A stretch of 64,000 nt of DNA, from contig JBKJHW010000046.1 of NCBI GenBank assembly GCA_046598935.1, positions 7,071 to 71,070 on the forward strand. The letters run 5' to 3'. Positions 33,260-43,190 of this stretch are shown here, piece after piece. The stretch is from Vicinamibacterales bacterium. GTDB lineage: Bacteria; Acidobacteriota; Vicinamibacteria; Vicinamibacterales; SCN-69-37. The notes beneath the pieces are model-generated. The model saw only the letters and a list, made by a program, of their open reading frames with translations. It searched no databases and had not been told where the DNA came from. How positions within the stretch are numbered: position 1 is the stretch's first letter; each line of letters opens with the position of its first letter. A program made the translations under genes and the position numbers.

Positions 33260-34637
33260 TGTCTTCTACCCGGCAGCGCAGTTCGCCGTCGTTGAGCGTG
33301 ACGCGCACAGTGTCGCCGGGCGTGGTCGCCGCGGCGCTTCGAATGATACTCGTCCGCGATTCGTTCCAGCACACGGCGTAGCCGCGGCCGAGGACCGCGA
33401 GCGGGCTCAGCGAATCGAGCCGGGCGGCCAGCGTGCCCGTGCGCGCGGACCGCGTGTCGGTGGTTCGCCGTCCGAGCGCGAGGAGCCGCCCGTCGGCGCG
33501 CACGACGCGCGTCCGCAGGTCGCTTGTGATCCGGCGCAGGTCGCGCTGTTCCAGCCGCCGCCGCAGCGATTCGAACCGCGCGCCATGTGCCGCTACGCGT
33601 TCGAGTGCGGCCGACTCGAGCCGCAGCGACAGGCGTTCGTGCTCGTTGTCGAGCATGACAACGCGCGTCGGCCAGTTCTCGAGCCGGAGATCGGCGGCAT
33701 CCGCGCGCCGCCACAGCCGCTCGACGGCGGCGTTGGCGCACGACTTCAGCCGGTGCTCGGCGTTTCGAATGCGCCCGCGAAAGTTGTCCGCGCGATCGAC
33801 GACGATCTCGGCGGCATTTGACGGCGTCGCCGCGCGGACGTCAGCGACGAAATCAGCGATCGTGAAGTCGACCTCATGCCCCACCGCCGAGATGACGGGC
33901 ACGGGGCAGGCCGCAATCGCGCGGGCCAGCTGCTCGTCGTTGAATGCCCAGAGGTCTTCGGCCGAGCCGCCGCCGCGACCGATGATCACGACGTCGATCT
34001 CCGGCACCGCGACAATGGCGCGTAACGCGCGGACGAGATCCGCGGCCGCGCCCTCGCCCTGCACCCGCGCCGGACGGATGACGATCCGCGCATCGGGGTG
34101 CCGTTGTGTGAGCACGCGCACGATGTCGCGAACGGCTGCGCCGTCGAGCGATGTCACAACGCCGATCCGTCGGGGGAGCACCGGCAGCGGTCGCTTGCGC
34201 GCGGCGTCGAAGAGTCCCTCGGACTGCAACAGTTTTTTGAGCTGCTCGAAAGCCAGCTGCAACGCGCCGGCGCCCGACGGTTCGAACTGGTCGGCGACGA
34301 TCTGGTATTCGCCTTTCTGCTCGTACACGCTCAGCCGGCCGCGCGCGATCACGCGCATGCCGTCTTCAGGCTTGAACTTGAGCCGCAGTACCGTCGTGCG
34401 GAACATCACCCCGCGCAGCTGCGCCCGGTCATCCTTGAGGGTGAAGTAGAGATGCCCGGAGCTCCACTGCTTGCAGTTTGAAAGCTCGCCCTCGACGGCC
34501 ACGCCGTTGAATTCGGATTCGACCCGGTTCTTGAGCCGGGCCGTGAGCTCGCTGACCGAGACGGGGCCCGCCTTTGCTCTGCGAGCGTCCGACTGCGCCT
34601 CGGGTTCAAACGGCAGGATGTGCCAGTCGTCGTTCAC
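33252..34637 (-). CDS. xseA: exodeoxyribonuclease VII large subunit
   Basis: Contains an OB-fold N-terminus (VSELTARLKNRVE...VAVEGELSN...SGHLYFTLKD), IIGRGGGSAEDLWAFN and ISAVGHEVDFT. Confidence 0.9.
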   Translation of the reverse strand: MNDDWHILPFEPEAQSDARRAKAGPVSVSELTARLKNRVESEFNGVAVEGELSNCKQWSSGHLYFTLKDDRAQLRGVMFRTTVLRLKFKPEDGMRVIARGRLSVYEQKGEYQIVADQFEPSGAGALQLAFEQLKKLLQSEGLFDAARKRPLPVLPRRIGVVTSLDGAAVRDIVRVLTQRHPDARIVIRPARVQGEGAAADLVRALRAIVAVPEIDVVIIGRGGGSAEDLWAFNDEQLARAIAACPVPVISAVGHEVDFTIADFVADVRAATPSNAAEIVVDRADNFRGRIRNAEHRLKSCANAAVERLWRRADAADLRLENWPTRVVMLDNEHERLSLRLESAALERVAAHGARFESLRRRLEQRDLRRITSDLRTRVVRADGRLLALGRRTTDTRSARTGTLAARLDSLSPLAVLGRGYAVCWNESRTSIIRSAAATTPGDTVRVTLNDGELRCRVEDNG

Positions 34638-34647
34638 GCCGGCCAGT

Positions 34648-35457
34648 CTATCCCGCGACGAGCGCGTCCACGTCCTTGAGGGAAAGGCTCAGCCGCTTGA
34701 TCGACACGGCCTTACCGGTCTTTTCGTCGGCTTCGACGATGACCCCGTTCATGCGCGGGTTGTCGCGGGCCGGTTCAAATCGCTGCGGCATGCCGGAGAG
34801 GAATTTGGCCACGATCGCGTGGCGGTCGACGCCGATGACGCCGTCGTGCGGACCCGTCATGCCGGCATCGGTGATGTACGCCGTGCCCTGCGGCAGCACG
34901 CGTTCGTCGGCGGTCTGCACGTGTGTGTGCGTGCCGACCATGACCGTGGCCTTGCCGTCGAGATGCCAGCCCATCGCCACTTTCTCGGATGTGGCTTCAG
35001 CGTGAAAATCGACGAAAACAATTGCCGCGTCCTTCTTGACCTTTTCAATCTCCGTCAGGACGACGCGGAACGGATCGTCGATCGGCGTCATGAACACGCG
35101 GCCCATGATGTTGACGACGCCGACGTTGACGCCGTTTGACGCGCGCGTGACGTAATGTCCGCCGCCCGGTGCGCCGGCCGGCAGGTTCGCGGGCCGCAGG
35201 AGCCGCGACTCCTGGGCGAAAAACGGCATGATCTCTTTCTTGTCGAACGTGTGATTGCCGCCCGTCATGACATGCACGCCAAGATCGAGGATCTCGTTCG
35301 CGATTTCCGGCGTGACGCCGAAGCCGGCCGCCGCGTTTTCCACATTCACGATCACGCAGTGAATGTCGTGAGCGCTCACGATCGCGCCGAGCCCGCGCTG
35401 GAGGATGTCGCGGCCGGGACGGCCGAAGATGTCGCCAATAAACAGGATGCGCGTCAC
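34648..35457 (-). CDS. YmdB-like (TIGR00282) metallophosphoesterase
   Basis: Contains ILFIGDIFGRPGR, VIVNVENAAAGFG, TGGNHTFDK and DFHAEATSEK. Confidence 0.85.
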   Translation of the reverse strand: MTRILFIGDIFGRPGRDILQRGLGAIVSAHDIHCVIVNVENAAAGFGVTPEIANEILDLGVHVMTGGNHTFDKKEIMPFFAQESRLLRPANLPAGAPGGGHYVTRASNGVNVGVVNIMGRVFMTPIDDPFRVVLTEIEKVKKDAAIVFVDFHAEATSEKVAMGWHLDGKATVMVGTHTHVQTADERVLPQGTAYITDAGMTGPHDGVIGVDRHAIVAKFLSGMPQRFEPARDNPRMNGVIVEADEKTGKAVSIKRLSLSLKDVDALVAG

Positions 35458-35888
35458 GGCTGCTCGACCGTTTCGATCGTGACCTGCACGAGCTTGCCGC
35501 GCCGATCGTCGATCGGCGGCAGCACGACGCGGAGCAGGCCGTTCTCGAGAATCGCCCTCGCGCGTTTGCCGTCGAACGCGCCGGCGATACGCACCGCGCG
35601 CGCAAACCGTCCGTAGGTGCGCTCGGCGAGATGGAAGCGCGCGTTCGCCGGCGCGGCCGGCACGAGCTTGACCCCGACGATCATCACGGTGTTTGCGCGG
35701 ATGGCGACGCGCAGCGAATCGGGCCGCACGCCGGGAACGTCGACGACCACTTCAGTCGCCTCCGTGGTTTCCATGATGTCGAGTGCCGGGCGACATTCAC
35801 CGGAGAGATGCGACGCGCCGGTAACGTCGAGGTCGAGCTCGTCCAGGAGTTGGCGGGCGTCGGCGGCGATCACAGCAGCGTCATTCAT
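35454..35888 (-). CDS. Hsp20/alpha-crystallin family small heat-shock protein
   Basis: The alpha-crystallin domain pattern VVVDVPGVRPDSLRVAIRANTVMIVG...FDGKRARAILENGLLRVVLP is present. Confidence 0.8.
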   Translation of the reverse strand: MNDAAVIAADARQLLDELDLDVTGASHLSGECRPALDIMETTEATEVVVDVPGVRPDSLRVAIRANTVMIVGVKLVPAAPANARFHLAERTYGRFARAVRIAGAFDGKRARAILENGLLRVVLPPIDDRRGKLVQVTIETVEQP

Positions 35889-35961
35889 TGGTGGTTACAA
35901 ACAATGTTAATCCCCCAAAGTGCGCCGAAATATGAGTTTCTCAAGGCGCGGGAAGTCGCGA

Positions 35962-37404
35962 TTAACTAAACCGCTCGTAGGCGTCGGCGCAACGCAGGAT
36001 CATCGCCTCGTCCCACGGTTTTCCGAGAAACTGCATCCCGATCGGCAGGCCAGGCTGGCCTGCCGTTTTGCCGCACGGCACGCTGATCCCGGGAATGCCG
36101 GCAAGATTCGCGCTCACCGTGAACACATCAGCCAGATACATCTGCAGCGGATCGTCAACGCGCTCGCCGAACTTGAACGCCGGCACAGGGCTTGTCGGCA
36201 TCAGGACCGTGTCGACCGTGCGGAATGCCTCATCGAAATCCCGCCGGATCAGCGTCCGCACCTGCTGCGCCTTCAAATAGTACGCATCGTAGTAGCCGGC
36301 GCTGAGCGCATACGTGCCGAGCATGATGCGCCGCTTGACCTCGGCGCCAAATCCCGCCGCGCGCGTCGCTTCATACATGGAGCCGAGCGACGATCCCGGA
36401 ACCCGCAACCCGTACCGCACGCCGTCGAACCGCGCCAGGTTCGAGCTCGCTTCAGCCGTCGCAACGAGGTAGTAAACCGGGATCGCGTGGCGACTGTGCG
36501 GCAAATCAATATTGACGATGGCGGCGCCGCGCGACGCCAGCAGCTTCACCGCGGTTGCGAACGCCGCGCCCACTTCCGGATCCACGCCGTCGTCGAGCAG
36601 GCTCCACGGCACGCCGATGCGCACGCCGTCGACCGCACCGTCGAGCGCCGGCACGAGCGCGGGCGCCGGCGCATCCGCACTCGTCGCATCGCGGCCGTCG
36701 CGCCCCGAGATCACCTCCAGCGCGAGCGCCGCATCGCGGACTGTTGTCGCGAACGGCCCGATCTGATCGAGCGACGACGCAAACGCGATCAGCCCGTACC
36801 GTGAGACGCGGCCGTAGGTCGGCTTGAGACCGACGACTCCGCACATCGCGGCAGGCTGGCGGATCGATCCGCCGGTGTCCGATCCGAGCGACAGCGGCGT
36901 CATGCCGGCCGCGACGGCGACGGCCGAGCCGCCGCTCGATCCGCCGGGCGTGCGCGAAGGATCGGCGGGATTTCTCGACGGGCCGAACGCGGAGTTTTCC
37001 GTCGACGACCCCATCGCAAACTCGTCGCACGTGGTTTTGCCGATGATGACGGCGCCCGCCGCTTCGAGTTTCTCGATGACCGTCGCGTCGTACGGCGACA
37101 CGAAATGCTCGAGCATCTTCGAGCCCGCCGTCGTGACGCTGCCGCGCATCACGATGTTGTCTTTGATCGCGATCGGCACGCCGTGGAGGGGGCCCGCCGG
37201 CGCGGTCTGCTTGTCGAGCGTTGCGGCGCGGGCGCGCGCGCGATCGGCGAGCACGAGCTGAAAAGCGTGAAGGGCCGGAGCGGCATCGGAGCGGCTGGTG
37301 TCGAGCGCCTCGATCCGTGCGAGCGCGTCTTCGCAAACGCCCGCCGCGGTCTGGTCTTTATTGAGAATAGATTCGCGAATCGAGATCGCCGTGGCAGCAT
37401 GCAT
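35962..37404 (-). CDS. gatA: Asp-tRNA(Asn)/Glu-tRNA(Gln) amidotransferase subunit A
   Basis: The amidase signature GGSSGGSAVAVAAGM...GSDTGGSIRQPA is present. The ATG at 37404 overlaps the gatC stop (TGATG). Confidence 0.9.
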   Translation of the reverse strand: MHAATAISIRESILNKDQTAAGVCEDALARIEALDTSRSDAAPALHAFQLVLADRARARAATLDKQTAPAGPLHGVPIAIKDNIVMRGSVTTAGSKMLEHFVSPYDATVIEKLEAAGAVIIGKTTCDEFAMGSSTENSAFGPSRNPADPSRTPGGSSGGSAVAVAAGMTPLSLGSDTGGSIRQPAAMCGVVGLKPTYGRVSRYGLIAFASSLDQIGPFATTVRDAALALEVISGRDGRDATSADAPAPALVPALDGAVDGVRIGVPWSLLDDGVDPEVGAAFATAVKLLASRGAAIVNIDLPHSRHAIPVYYLVATAEASSNLARFDGVRYGLRVPGSSLGSMYEATRAAGFGAEVKRRIMLGTYALSAGYYDAYYLKAQQVRTLIRRDFDEAFRTVDTVLMPTSPVPAFKFGERVDDPLQMYLADVFTVSANLAGIPGISVPCGKTAGQPGLPIGMQFLGKPWDEAMILRCADAYERFS

Positions 37405-37697
37405 CAGCCGACGACCTTCGGGACGACGAACGTGCCCGTCGCCGTGTCGCCGCCGGGCGCGTTCGAGAGCGCATCGCCGCTCGAGAGCGATGCCCCGGGC
37501 GAGTCTTCGCGCCATTCGCCCTGCCGGGCGGTGCCGTCATAGGGTGGCACGCCGGAGGTGTCGACAGACTGCAGGCTGTCGGCGTAGTCGAGAATGCTGG
37601 TCAGCTGGCGAGTGTAAAGATCGAGTTCGGAATCGGTGAGCTCGAGCCGGGCCAGCGTGGCGATGCGCTGCGCCGCGGCGCGCGTCAACGTGGACAT
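37404..37697 (-). CDS. gatC: Asp-tRNA(Asn)/Glu-tRNA(Gln) amidotransferase subunit C
   Basis: Contains IATLARLELTDSELDLYTRQLTSILDYADSLQSVDTSGV. Confidence 0.85.
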   Translation of the reverse strand: MSTLTRAAAQRIATLARLELTDSELDLYTRQLTSILDYADSLQSVDTSGVPPYDGTARQGEWREDSPGASLSSGDALSNAPGGDTATGTFVVPKVVG

Positions 37698-37730
37698 TCG
37701 AGGATGCTAGCATGTGCCTATGGAGCAACC

Positions 37731-38648
37731 ATGACGCGTGCAACGGGCAATAAGCTGACGGCAGTCCTCCTCGGAGCGGCGTGCGCCGCGCTCGGATTCC
37801 AGGCGTCGGTGTCGGCCTGGGGCATGGACGTGCATCGCATGATCACGCGGCGCGCCATCGAAGGATTGCCGGCCGATGTGAAGCCGTTCTTCATGGCGAA
37901 AGCCGACTTCATCGCCGAGCGTTCGGTTGATCCCGACCTCTGGATCACGGCGGATCTTCAAGGCAAACTCGGCAACGAAGCGCCGAATCACTTTCTCGAC
38001 TACGACGGCTTCAAAGATCCATTCCCGTTCAAGAATGTCCCGCGCGATTGGGACGCGGTCGTGCAGAAGTACGGCGCCGAGCTGGCGAACAAAAACGGCC
38101 GCGTGCCGTGGCGCGCCGAAGAGATCTTCAACAAAATGGTGGAGCAGTTCACCAACATGGCGCGCCCGAACCCGGGCCGCGCCGGCGAGAATGTCCGGTA
38201 CCTCGCGGCGGTCCTCGCGCACTACGTCGAGGATTCGCACCAGCCGTTTCACGCCGTCGAGGCCTACGATGGCCAGCCGAATCAGCGCGGCATCCACGCG
38301 CGTTTCGAGACGGAGCTCGTGCTGAGAAACAAGGCTCGATTCAGCGCCGTGCCCGTGGTGATCACGCCGGTGACAGACATCAAGACGTTCATCTTCGACG
38401 CGTTGCTCGACGACCAGCAGTACGTGCCGCAGATTCTTGACGCCGACAAACGCGCGATCGTGGGCAAGGAGTTCTATGACGACGCCTATTTCGCAGACTT
38501 CGCGAAGAACGGCGCGCTCGACATTGCGGTCAAGCGCTACGGCGATTCGGCAAGCGCCATCGCCAGCGTCTGGGTGGCTGCCTGGCAGAAAGCCGGCAAA
38601 CCCAAACTCGACGATCCGGCACGCACGCCATCCAGGATCCGCCGGTAG
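37731..38648 (+). CDS. zinc-dependent phospholipase C / S1-P1 nuclease superfamily protein, secreted
   Basis: A signal peptide is followed by AWGMDVHRMITRRAI, NHFLDYD and LAHYVEDSHQPFHAV. Confidence 0.6.
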   Translation: MTRATGNKLTAVLLGAACAALGFQASVSAWGMDVHRMITRRAIEGLPADVKPFFMAKADFIAERSVDPDLWITADLQGKLGNEAPNHFLDYDGFKDPFPFKNVPRDWDAVVQKYGAELANKNGRVPWRAEEIFNKMVEQFTNMARPNPGRAGENVRYLAAVLAHYVEDSHQPFHAVEAYDGQPNQRGIHARFETELVLRNKARFSAVPVVITPVTDIKTFIFDALLDDQQYVPQILDADKRAIVGKEFYDDAYFADFAKNGALDIAVKRYGDSASAIASVWVAAWQKAGKPKLDDPARTPSRIRR

Positions 38649-38657
38649 ATCGCACCG

Positions 38658-39641
38658 ATGCGATTGTCTGAACTTGCAAAGGCGCTCGGCTGCACGCTCG
38701 AAGAGTACGCGCGTGCCGGCGAGAGCGCCGACGTCACGCGCGTCGCCGGTCTCGAAGAGGCTGGCCCCGGTGATGTGACGTTTCTCTCGAATCCGAAATA
38801 CGCCAGGCACGTCGCGAACACGCGGGCGGCGGCCATCATCGCCGACGCGACGCTCACCTCGGCGCCCTGTCCGATCATCCGCAGCAAGCAGCCGTACGTG
38901 ACGTTTGCTGAAACCCTCGCGCTGTTGAGTCCGCGGCGGACGCCGGCGGCAGGCATTCATGCGACGGCGGTCGTCGAGACGGGCGCGGTCGTGGCGTCAT
39001 CGGCATCCATCGGCGCGTTCGTGTTCGTCGGCGCCGGCTCAACCATCGGCGACCGCACCATCGTCATGCCGCACGCCGTCATCGGACCCGGCGTGACGAT
39101 TGGCGCCGACTGCCTGATTCATGCGCATGTGTCGGTTCGAGAGGATGTGAGTATCGGCGACCGCGTGATCCTCCAGGACTCGGTCGTGGTCGGCAGCGAT
39201 GGATTCGGATTTGCGAAGCGCGCCGACGGCACGCACCACAAGATCCCGCAGGTCGGCCGCGTCGTGATCGAAGACGACGTCGAGATCGGCGCGCATTCGG
39301 CGGTGGACCGTCCGGCGGTGGGCGAGACGCGCATCGCGGCCGGCAGCAAAATCGACAATCTCGTGCAGATCGCGCACGGCGTGAAGATCGGGCAGCGCGT
39401 GCTGCTGGCCGCGCAGGTCGGCATCGCCGGCAGCACTACCATCGAAGATGACGTGGTGTTTGCGGGCCAGTCCGGGGCGGTTGGACATGTGCGCGTGGGG
39501 AAGGGCTCGATCGTCACGGCGAAGTCCGGCGTCACGCACAATCTTCCGCCCGGTTCCGCGGTGTCCGGCTTCCCGGCGTTCGACCTGAAAGAATGGAAGA
39601 AGGCGTCGGTCGCGTTCCGCAAGCTCGGCCGGAAGCGGTGA
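38658..39641 (+). CDS. lpxD: UDP-3-O-(3-hydroxyacyl)glucosamine N-acyltransferase
   Basis: The N-terminus MRLSELAKALGC... and the long hexapeptide-repeat LbH region are present. Confidence 0.85.
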   Translation: MRLSELAKALGCTLEEYARAGESADVTRVAGLEEAGPGDVTFLSNPKYARHVANTRAAAIIADATLTSAPCPIIRSKQPYVTFAETLALLSPRRTPAAGIHATAVVETGAVVASSASIGAFVFVGAGSTIGDRTIVMPHAVIGPGVTIGADCLIHAHVSVREDVSIGDRVILQDSVVVGSDGFGFAKRADGTHHKIPQVGRVVIEDDVEIGAHSAVDRPAVGETRIAAGSKIDNLVQIAHGVKIGQRVLLAAQVGIAGSTTIEDDVVFAGQSGAVGHVRVGKGSIVTAKSGVTHNLPPGSAVSGFPAFDLKEWKKASVAFRKLGRKR

Positions 39642-39654
39642 CATAATCCGGACA

Positions 39655-41010
39655 ATGGTCCGCAAATTGATCGTGCGCGCGCTGGCGGCCGCCGGCGCGC
39701 TGGTGCTGTTGTTGCCGCTGGTCGCCGCCGCTCCCGCTGAGGTCATTCCCCGGCCGCCGAAATTCAACTACACGATGGACACGCTGCCCAACGGGCTGCA
39801 GGTCGTCTATCTCGAAGATCACTCCACGCCGATCGTGCATCTGTCGGTGTCGTACCACGTCGGCTCCAAAGACGAGAAGGTCGGGCGCACGGGATTCGCG
39901 CATCTGTTCGAGCACCTGATGTTCAAGGGATCGAAGAACGTCGGCCCCGATGAGCATCCCTCGTCGATCACCGGCATCGGCGGGCAGAGCAACGCGTTCA
40001 CGACCGAAGACGAGACGGTGTACTGGGAGACGGTGCCGTCGCAATACCTGCCGTTCGTGCTGTGGCTCGAAGCCGACCGCATGGCGTCGCTGCAGATCGA
40101 CGAGACGAAATTCAAGAACGAGCGCGAGGTCGTGAAGGAAGAGCGCCGCATGCGCTTCGACAATCAGCCGTTCGGCAATCTGTCGGAAGTCCTGAATGAC
40201 AAGGCGTTCACGGTGAGCGGCTACAAGCACGAGACGATCGGCAGCATGAAGGATCTCGAAGCCGCGACGATTCGCGACGTCATCGACTTTCACGACACGT
40301 ACTACGTTCCGAGCAACGCTGTCGTGGCGATTGTGGGCGACTTCGATACGGCGATGGCCAAGCAGCTCGTGCAGCAGTACATGGCGCGCGTGCCGAAAGG
40401 CAAGCCCGTCGTCCGCGACCTGGCGAAGGAACCGCCGCAGACCGCGGAGCGCCGTTTCAATCTTCAGGAGAACTGGCCGCTGCCGGCGGTGATTGTGGCG
40501 TATCACACTGCAGCAGACGCCACGCCCGACGCGTATCCGACGCATGTGCTCGACAAGATCATGACCGACGGCGACAGCTCGCGGATCTATCGCAGCCTGG
40601 TCTACGAGAAGCGGCTCGCGCTCGCGGCGTTCGGCACGGCAAAGATCATCGAGCAGCCGAATCTGATGTACGCGGTGGCGATCGTCCAGCCCGGCAACAA
40701 GCCCGAGGACGTGCTCAAAGAATTGATCGCGCAGTTTGACCGGCTGAAGACGGAGCCTGTGAGCGACGCCGAGCTCAATCGCGCCAAGCGGCAGTGGGCG
40801 CGCGATTACATCCTGGGCCGCGAGACGATTCAGCAAAAGGCCCTGCACCTCTCGCACGCGATCGTCATTCACAACGACATCAAAAGCGCAGACGGCGAGT
40901 TCGATCTGTTCCAGAACGTCACGGCCGGCGACATCATGCGAGTCGCGCAGACCTACTTCAAGCCGGAGAACCGCACCGTGATGACCATCATGCCGAGGGG
41001 TGGACGATGA
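39655..41010 (+). CDS. M16 family (pitrilysin-like) zinc peptidase, active-type subunit
   Basis: The inverted zinc motif HxxEH is present in GFAHLFEHLMFKGS, with a signal peptide. Confidence 0.85.
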   Translation: MVRKLIVRALAAAGALVLLLPLVAAAPAEVIPRPPKFNYTMDTLPNGLQVVYLEDHSTPIVHLSVSYHVGSKDEKVGRTGFAHLFEHLMFKGSKNVGPDEHPSSITGIGGQSNAFTTEDETVYWETVPSQYLPFVLWLEADRMASLQIDETKFKNEREVVKEERRMRFDNQPFGNLSEVLNDKAFTVSGYKHETIGSMKDLEAATIRDVIDFHDTYYVPSNAVVAIVGDFDTAMAKQLVQQYMARVPKGKPVVRDLAKEPPQTAERRFNLQENWPLPAVIVAYHTAADATPDAYPTHVLDKIMTDGDSSRIYRSLVYEKRLALAAFGTAKIIEQPNLMYAVAIVQPGNKPEDVLKELIAQFDRLKTEPVSDAELNRAKRQWARDYILGRETIQQKALHLSHAIVIHNDIKSADGEFDLFQNVTAGDIMRVAQTYFKPENRTVMTIMPRGGR

Positions 41011-43190
41011 AGTTCGTGTCCAGAATCTTGGCAATGGCCGCGTGCGCTGTACTCGTCGCCGCCCCGGTTGCCGCGCAGACGATTGGCGCCGCCAACTGGC
41101 CGGCCGAGCGCCCACCCCGGCCGCTGCCGGCGCGCACGCTGGCATTCCCGCCCTACGAGCTCAAGACACTGGCCAACGGCCTGCAGGTGCTTGTGATTCC
41201 GCATCACGAGCAGCCGTCGGTCAGCATGCGGCTCATCATCAAGGCCGGCGCTTCGCAGGATCCCGCGGAGAAGCCGGGCGTCGCCCAGATGGTCGCGTCG
41301 CTGCTCGATCAGGGCACGGCGACGAAGTCGTCGGAAGACGTCGCGAATCTGGTCGAATCATCCGGCGGACTCCTCGGCGTCGGCGCCGGCAACGAGCTCA
41401 GCTTCGTCAACTCCGGCGTCGTCAAAGACAAGTTCGTCGAGCTGATGGCGGTGATGGCGGAGATGGTGGCGCAACCCGCTTTCTCGCAGGCCGAGCTCGA
41501 CCGGCAGAAGCAGCAGGCTGTGTCGGGCATGCGGGTGCGCTACGAAGATCCAGGCTTCGTCGCCGACGTTGTCTACGACCGGCTGATCTACGGATTCCAT
41601 CCGTACGGGCGCCCGCCCGGCGGTACGCCGGAGTCGCTCGCGAAGATCACGCGGAACGACCTCGCGGCATTCCATCGCACGTGGTTCGTGCCGAACAACT
41701 CGATTCTGGCGATCGTCGGCGACCTGACGTCGGCGGAAATGTTCGCCGGCGCCGAGAAGGCGTTCGGCGGCTGGGCAAAGAAGGACGTGCCCGGGCAGAC
41801 GCAGGCCGATCCGCCGCCGGCGACGCGCCGCGTGGTGGTTGTCGACAAGCCCGGAGCCGTGCAGACCGAGATCCGCGCCGGGCATCTCACGCTGCCGCGC
41901 ACGTCGCCGGATTGGCTGAATCTCGAGCTGCTCATCCGCGTGCTTGGCGGCGAGGGCGCGAACCGGTTGTTCAACGAGCTGCGCACGGATCGCGGCCTGA
42001 CGTATGGCGCATCAGCGGATCTGCAGACGTTCAAGTTTTCCGGCGGCTTCGTCGCGTCGACCAGCACGCGCACGGAAGCGACAGGCGAGGCGCTGCGCGT
42101 GCTGGTCGATCAGATGTGGCGGCTTCAACGCGAACCTGTCCGCCAGGGCGAGCTGGGCGGCGTGAAGGATTACTACTCCGGCAGCTTTCCGCTGACGGTC
42201 GAAACGCCGAGCGCGATCGCGTTGCAGGTTCTGAACCAGATCTTCTACGGTCTCGATCTGAAGGACCTTGAACGGCTCCGCGAACGCGTCGACGGTGTGT
42301 CTGTACAGGACCTGCAGGCCACCGCGCGCAAGTGGATGTTTCCGGATCGCCTGTCGATCGTGCTCGTGGGCGACGCGTCGAAGTTCGTCGATCAGCTGAA
42401 GGCGCAGGGATTCGACAACTTCGAACGCATCCCGATCGCCGAGCTCGACCTGACGTCGCCGACGCTCCGCAAAGGTGGACGCGCCGCCGCGCCGCCGGCC
42501 GCCGCGCCCGCCGTCGCGCCGACATCGACGGCGGTGCTCGATATCGTGAAGAAGATTGCCGACGCGAAGGGCGGCCTCGCCGCCTTGAAGGCGGTGTCGA
42601 GCGTCGACGTCTCGGCTCACGTCACGATCTTGGGCCAGGGCGCGCCTGTGAAGATGGCCACGCGCAATCTGATTTCATACCCCGGCAAGTTCCGCGTCGA
42701 AGCGGAGACGCCGAGCGGCAAGATGATCCAGGTCTTTACCGAGGGGCAGGCGTGGGTGGAAACACCGGCCGGCACCGTTGACGCGGATCCGGAATCGCGA
42801 GCCGACTACAAAGCCTCGGCCGCGCGCGATTTGATTCCGCTGTTGATTGCGGCCGCCGAGGGCAGAGTCGGCGTCACGCAACTGCCGGCCGAAACAGTCA
42901 ACGGCGCCCCCGCCGTGGCGCTCCGGTTCGCCGTCGACAGCGGCGGTCCGCTGATCCTTGTCGCCGACGCGAACACGTTTGAGGTGCGCGAGCTTCGGTA
43001 TCCCACGGAAGCGGCGCCCGATGCGCCGCAGGCGATCGAACGCTTCGATGACTACCGCGAGGTTGGCGGGGTGCGCGTCGCCTTTCACGCCCGCGTTGAA
43101 CGCGAAGGCCTTTCGATCGACCGCACCGTGACCAACGCCCAATTCAACGTGCCGCTGGCAGCCTCTCTGTTCGTCAAAAAACCGGCGTGA
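41007..43190 (+). CDS. M16 family peptidase, non-catalytic-type subunit, fused to a C-terminal LolA-like domain
   Basis: Signal MKFVSRILAMAACAVLVAAPVAAQ. The M16 fold lacks HxxEH (it reads GVAQMVASLL). The ATGA overlaps the upstream gene. The C-terminal roughly 220 aa resemble the stand-alone protein at 49333..50112. Confidence 0.75.
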   Translation: MKFVSRILAMAACAVLVAAPVAAQTIGAANWPAERPPRPLPARTLAFPPYELKTLANGLQVLVIPHHEQPSVSMRLIIKAGASQDPAEKPGVAQMVASLLDQGTATKSSEDVANLVESSGGLLGVGAGNELSFVNSGVVKDKFVELMAVMAEMVAQPAFSQAELDRQKQQAVSGMRVRYEDPGFVADVVYDRLIYGFHPYGRPPGGTPESLAKITRNDLAAFHRTWFVPNNSILAIVGDLTSAEMFAGAEKAFGGWAKKDVPGQTQADPPPATRRVVVVDKPGAVQTEIRAGHLTLPRTSPDWLNLELLIRVLGGEGANRLFNELRTDRGLTYGASADLQTFKFSGGFVASTSTRTEATGEALRVLVDQMWRLQREPVRQGELGGVKDYYSGSFPLTVETPSAIALQVLNQIFYGLDLKDLERLRERVDGVSVQDLQATARKWMFPDRLSIVLVGDASKFVDQLKAQGFDNFERIPIAELDLTSPTLRKGGRAAAPPAAAPAVAPTSTAVLDIVKKIADAKGGLAALKAVSSVDVSAHVTILGQGAPVKMATRNLISYPGKFRVEAETPSGKMIQVFTEGQAWVETPAGTVDADPESRADYKASAARDLIPLLIAAAEGRVGVTQLPAETVNGAPAVALRFAVDSGGPLILVADANTFEVRELRYPTEAAPDAPQAIERFDDYREVGGVRVAFHARVEREGLSIDRTVTNAQFNVPLAASLFVKKPA

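Noticed and set aside
35889-35961. Sigma-32-type heat-shock promoter (CTTGAGAAA...) or a CIRCE/ROSE element upstream of the hsp20 gene.
   Set aside because: Only the CTTGA part resembles the -35 consensus. No CCCCAT-like -10 lies at the right spacing, and no CIRCE inverted repeat is present.
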